Assembly: GCA_045576355.1 (NCBI GenBank)
Contig: JAZNGG010000005.1
Coordinates: 2,419-66,418, forward strand
Length of the DNA: 64,000 nucleotides
Source: Bacteroidales bacterium
GTDB taxonomy: Bacteria; Bacteroidota; Bacteroidia; Bacteroidales; UBA3663
Reading direction: 5' to 3'
A program made the position numbers and the translations under genes. This document shows, piece by piece, positions 62,622 through 64,000 of this stretch. The notes below the pieces were generated by a model, which was given only the letters and a program-made list of their open reading frames with translations, did not search any database and was not told the origin of the DNA. Within the stretch, counting starts at the first letter, position 1. The number at the start of each line of letters is the position of its first letter.

Positions 62622-62911
62622 GATAATAAATAATTTCCATGCTTTTATAAAGATAATAAGAGTGCCTAAAATAAGCATGAAGAACTCTAATTTAATAAAT
62701 ACAATATTGTGGCGGATTATACATAAGATTGAGGAGGATTATCCCCAATATTGAGGATAATTGTCCTGCGTATTGTGTACATTTTTTTGTCTTTTTTATC
62801 GGTCTGTTTGCCCCTCCTAATACTTTTAATAAGCGCTCCTATCTATTTTACACACTTGTGCGATTCTTACGGGAGTATATGTCTCGTTACGGGTATAAAC
62901 ACCTTGTAATT

Positions 62912-62951
62912 AAAAAAGTGTTCGACAACCGTCGTATCGTTGTCGAACACT
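62912..62951 (-). terminator. Hairpin/terminator downstream of prfC
   Basis: Perfect 13-bp stem AGTGTTCGACAAC/GTTGTCGAACACT with a T-run on the minus strand. Confidence 0.65.
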
Positions 62952-63123
62952 CATTTATACATCGCTGCCAACCCGGACACCAATATAAATTTTATAAAAG
63001 TAACTTAGCGGTCTAATGACCGAAAGGGCTTATCATTCTCTTATCGGGGGACAGGATTCCTTTCCGACATGAATTCTTATTATGCTCTATACATAATGGA
63101 TGGAAAGCGAATTAGAGACAAAA

Positions 63124-64000
63124 CTAAAATTCGCTGGTGAAGTGGAAAGAGATGTGCGGAAAGTCCTGCTGTGCCATCTGAAGCACATAAGCAGAGTCTG
63201 CCAAAAAGACATCACGACCATCCTTATCCAATGCAATATACTGCATCTTTCTGCGCTTGAAGTCTGCGAGTTGGGCTGCATCATCACTAACAAACCAGCA
63301 TGCCTTATAGAGTTTAATCGGCTCCCAACGACACTTGGCATTATATTCATGCTCGAGACGATATTGGATCACTTCAAACTGAAGTTGCCCGACAGTACCG
63401 ATGATCTTGCGTCCGTTAAACTGATTGGTGAAGACCTGAGCTACACCCTCGTCCATCAGCTGATCAATACCACGAGCCAACTGTTTGGCTTTCATCGGAT
63501 CTGCATTTTCGATATACTTAAACATTTCCGGGGAGAAAGAGGGGATTCCCTTAAAGTGCAGTTCCTCTCCGGCAGTCAATGTATCTCCGATCTTAAATGT
63601 ACCTCCATTATCAGGAAGACCCACGATGTCTCCCGGCCAGGCATCATCGACCACCTCTTTCTTCTGAGCCATGAAGCAAGTCGGGGCTGAGAAACGAATC
63701 TTCTGATTGTGTCTTACGTGCTTGTAATAGACGTTGCGCTCAAACTTACCCGAACAAACCTTGACAAAGGCAATACATGAACGATGGTTGGGATCCATAT
63801 TGGCATGAATCTTAAAGATGAATCCTGAGAAAGTCTCCTCCTCCGGTTTGATCACACGTTCTACGGCTGTAGTCGGACGTGGAGAGGGAGCGATGCGGCA
63901 GAAACAATCGAGGAGCTCACGAACTCCAAAGTTATTAAGCGCCGAACCGAAAAATACGGGGGCCAATTCGCCGCGCAGATATGGCTCGGTATCAAAATCG
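63124..64000 (-). CDS. prfC: Peptide chain release factor 3 (3' part; start outside the window)
   Basis: Motifs PVFFGSALNNFGV, FKIHANMDPNHR and GTVGQLQFEV..RL..EY. Confidence 0.96.
   Translation of the reverse strand, partial: DFDTEPYLRGELAPVFFGSALNNFGVRELLDCFCRIAPSPRPTTAVERVIKPEEETFSGFIFKIHANMDPNHRSCIAFVKVCSGKFERNVYYKHVRHNQKIRFSAPTCFMAQKKEVVDDAWPGDIVGLPDNGGTFKIGDTLTAGEELHFKGIPSFSPEMFKYIENADPMKAKQLARGIDQLMDEGVAQVFTNQFNGRKIIGTVGQLQFEVIQYRLEHEYNAKCRWEPIKLYKACWFVSDDAAQLADFKRRKMQYIALDKDGRDVFLADSAYVLQMAQQDFPHISFHFTSEF

Noticed and set aside
62470-63110. Possible oriC (AT-rich, with TTATCCCCA/TGAGGATAA DnaA-box-like sites)
   Set aside because: The boxes are imperfect and belong to one palindrome. 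By eye prfC still shows the same strand codon bias as genes to the left, so no clear skew switch is evident. A genome-wide GC-skew plot would decide.

Overview
This window is Bacteroidales (Prevotellaceae-like) chromosomal DNA. From left to right it holds: a GC-rich araC-sstT-psd-like island ending at an internally deleted IS982 element; the xerC-hpf-tRNA-tuf-secE-nusG-rplKAJL-rpoBC core cluster on the minus strand; AT-rich accessory lipoprotein and outer-membrane genes; a SusCD-less pectin/RG-II enzyme cluster (GH127, GH141, IolF-like MFS, GH78, DUF6298 protein, PL1, BNR-4, GH97); a DUF6249-ECF sigma-anti-sigma trio; tetR-fabG-rluA; a minimal Wzx/Wzy polysaccharide locus; then ychF, a second wza, nadB and a partial prfC. 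The least explained signals are non-coding: (i) two diverged, inverted copies of a ~510-bp ORF-less element with its own promoter, a hairpin and three 22-bp repeats; (ii) two long leaders sharing a switchable terminator architecture ahead of secreted orphan proteins; (iii) a modular intergenic repeat oriented with transcription; (iv) five copies of an exact 11-mer; (v) a 22-bp-period palindromic array. Product calls come from recalled motifs and synteny, and pairings were found by eye; no database search or folding was run.
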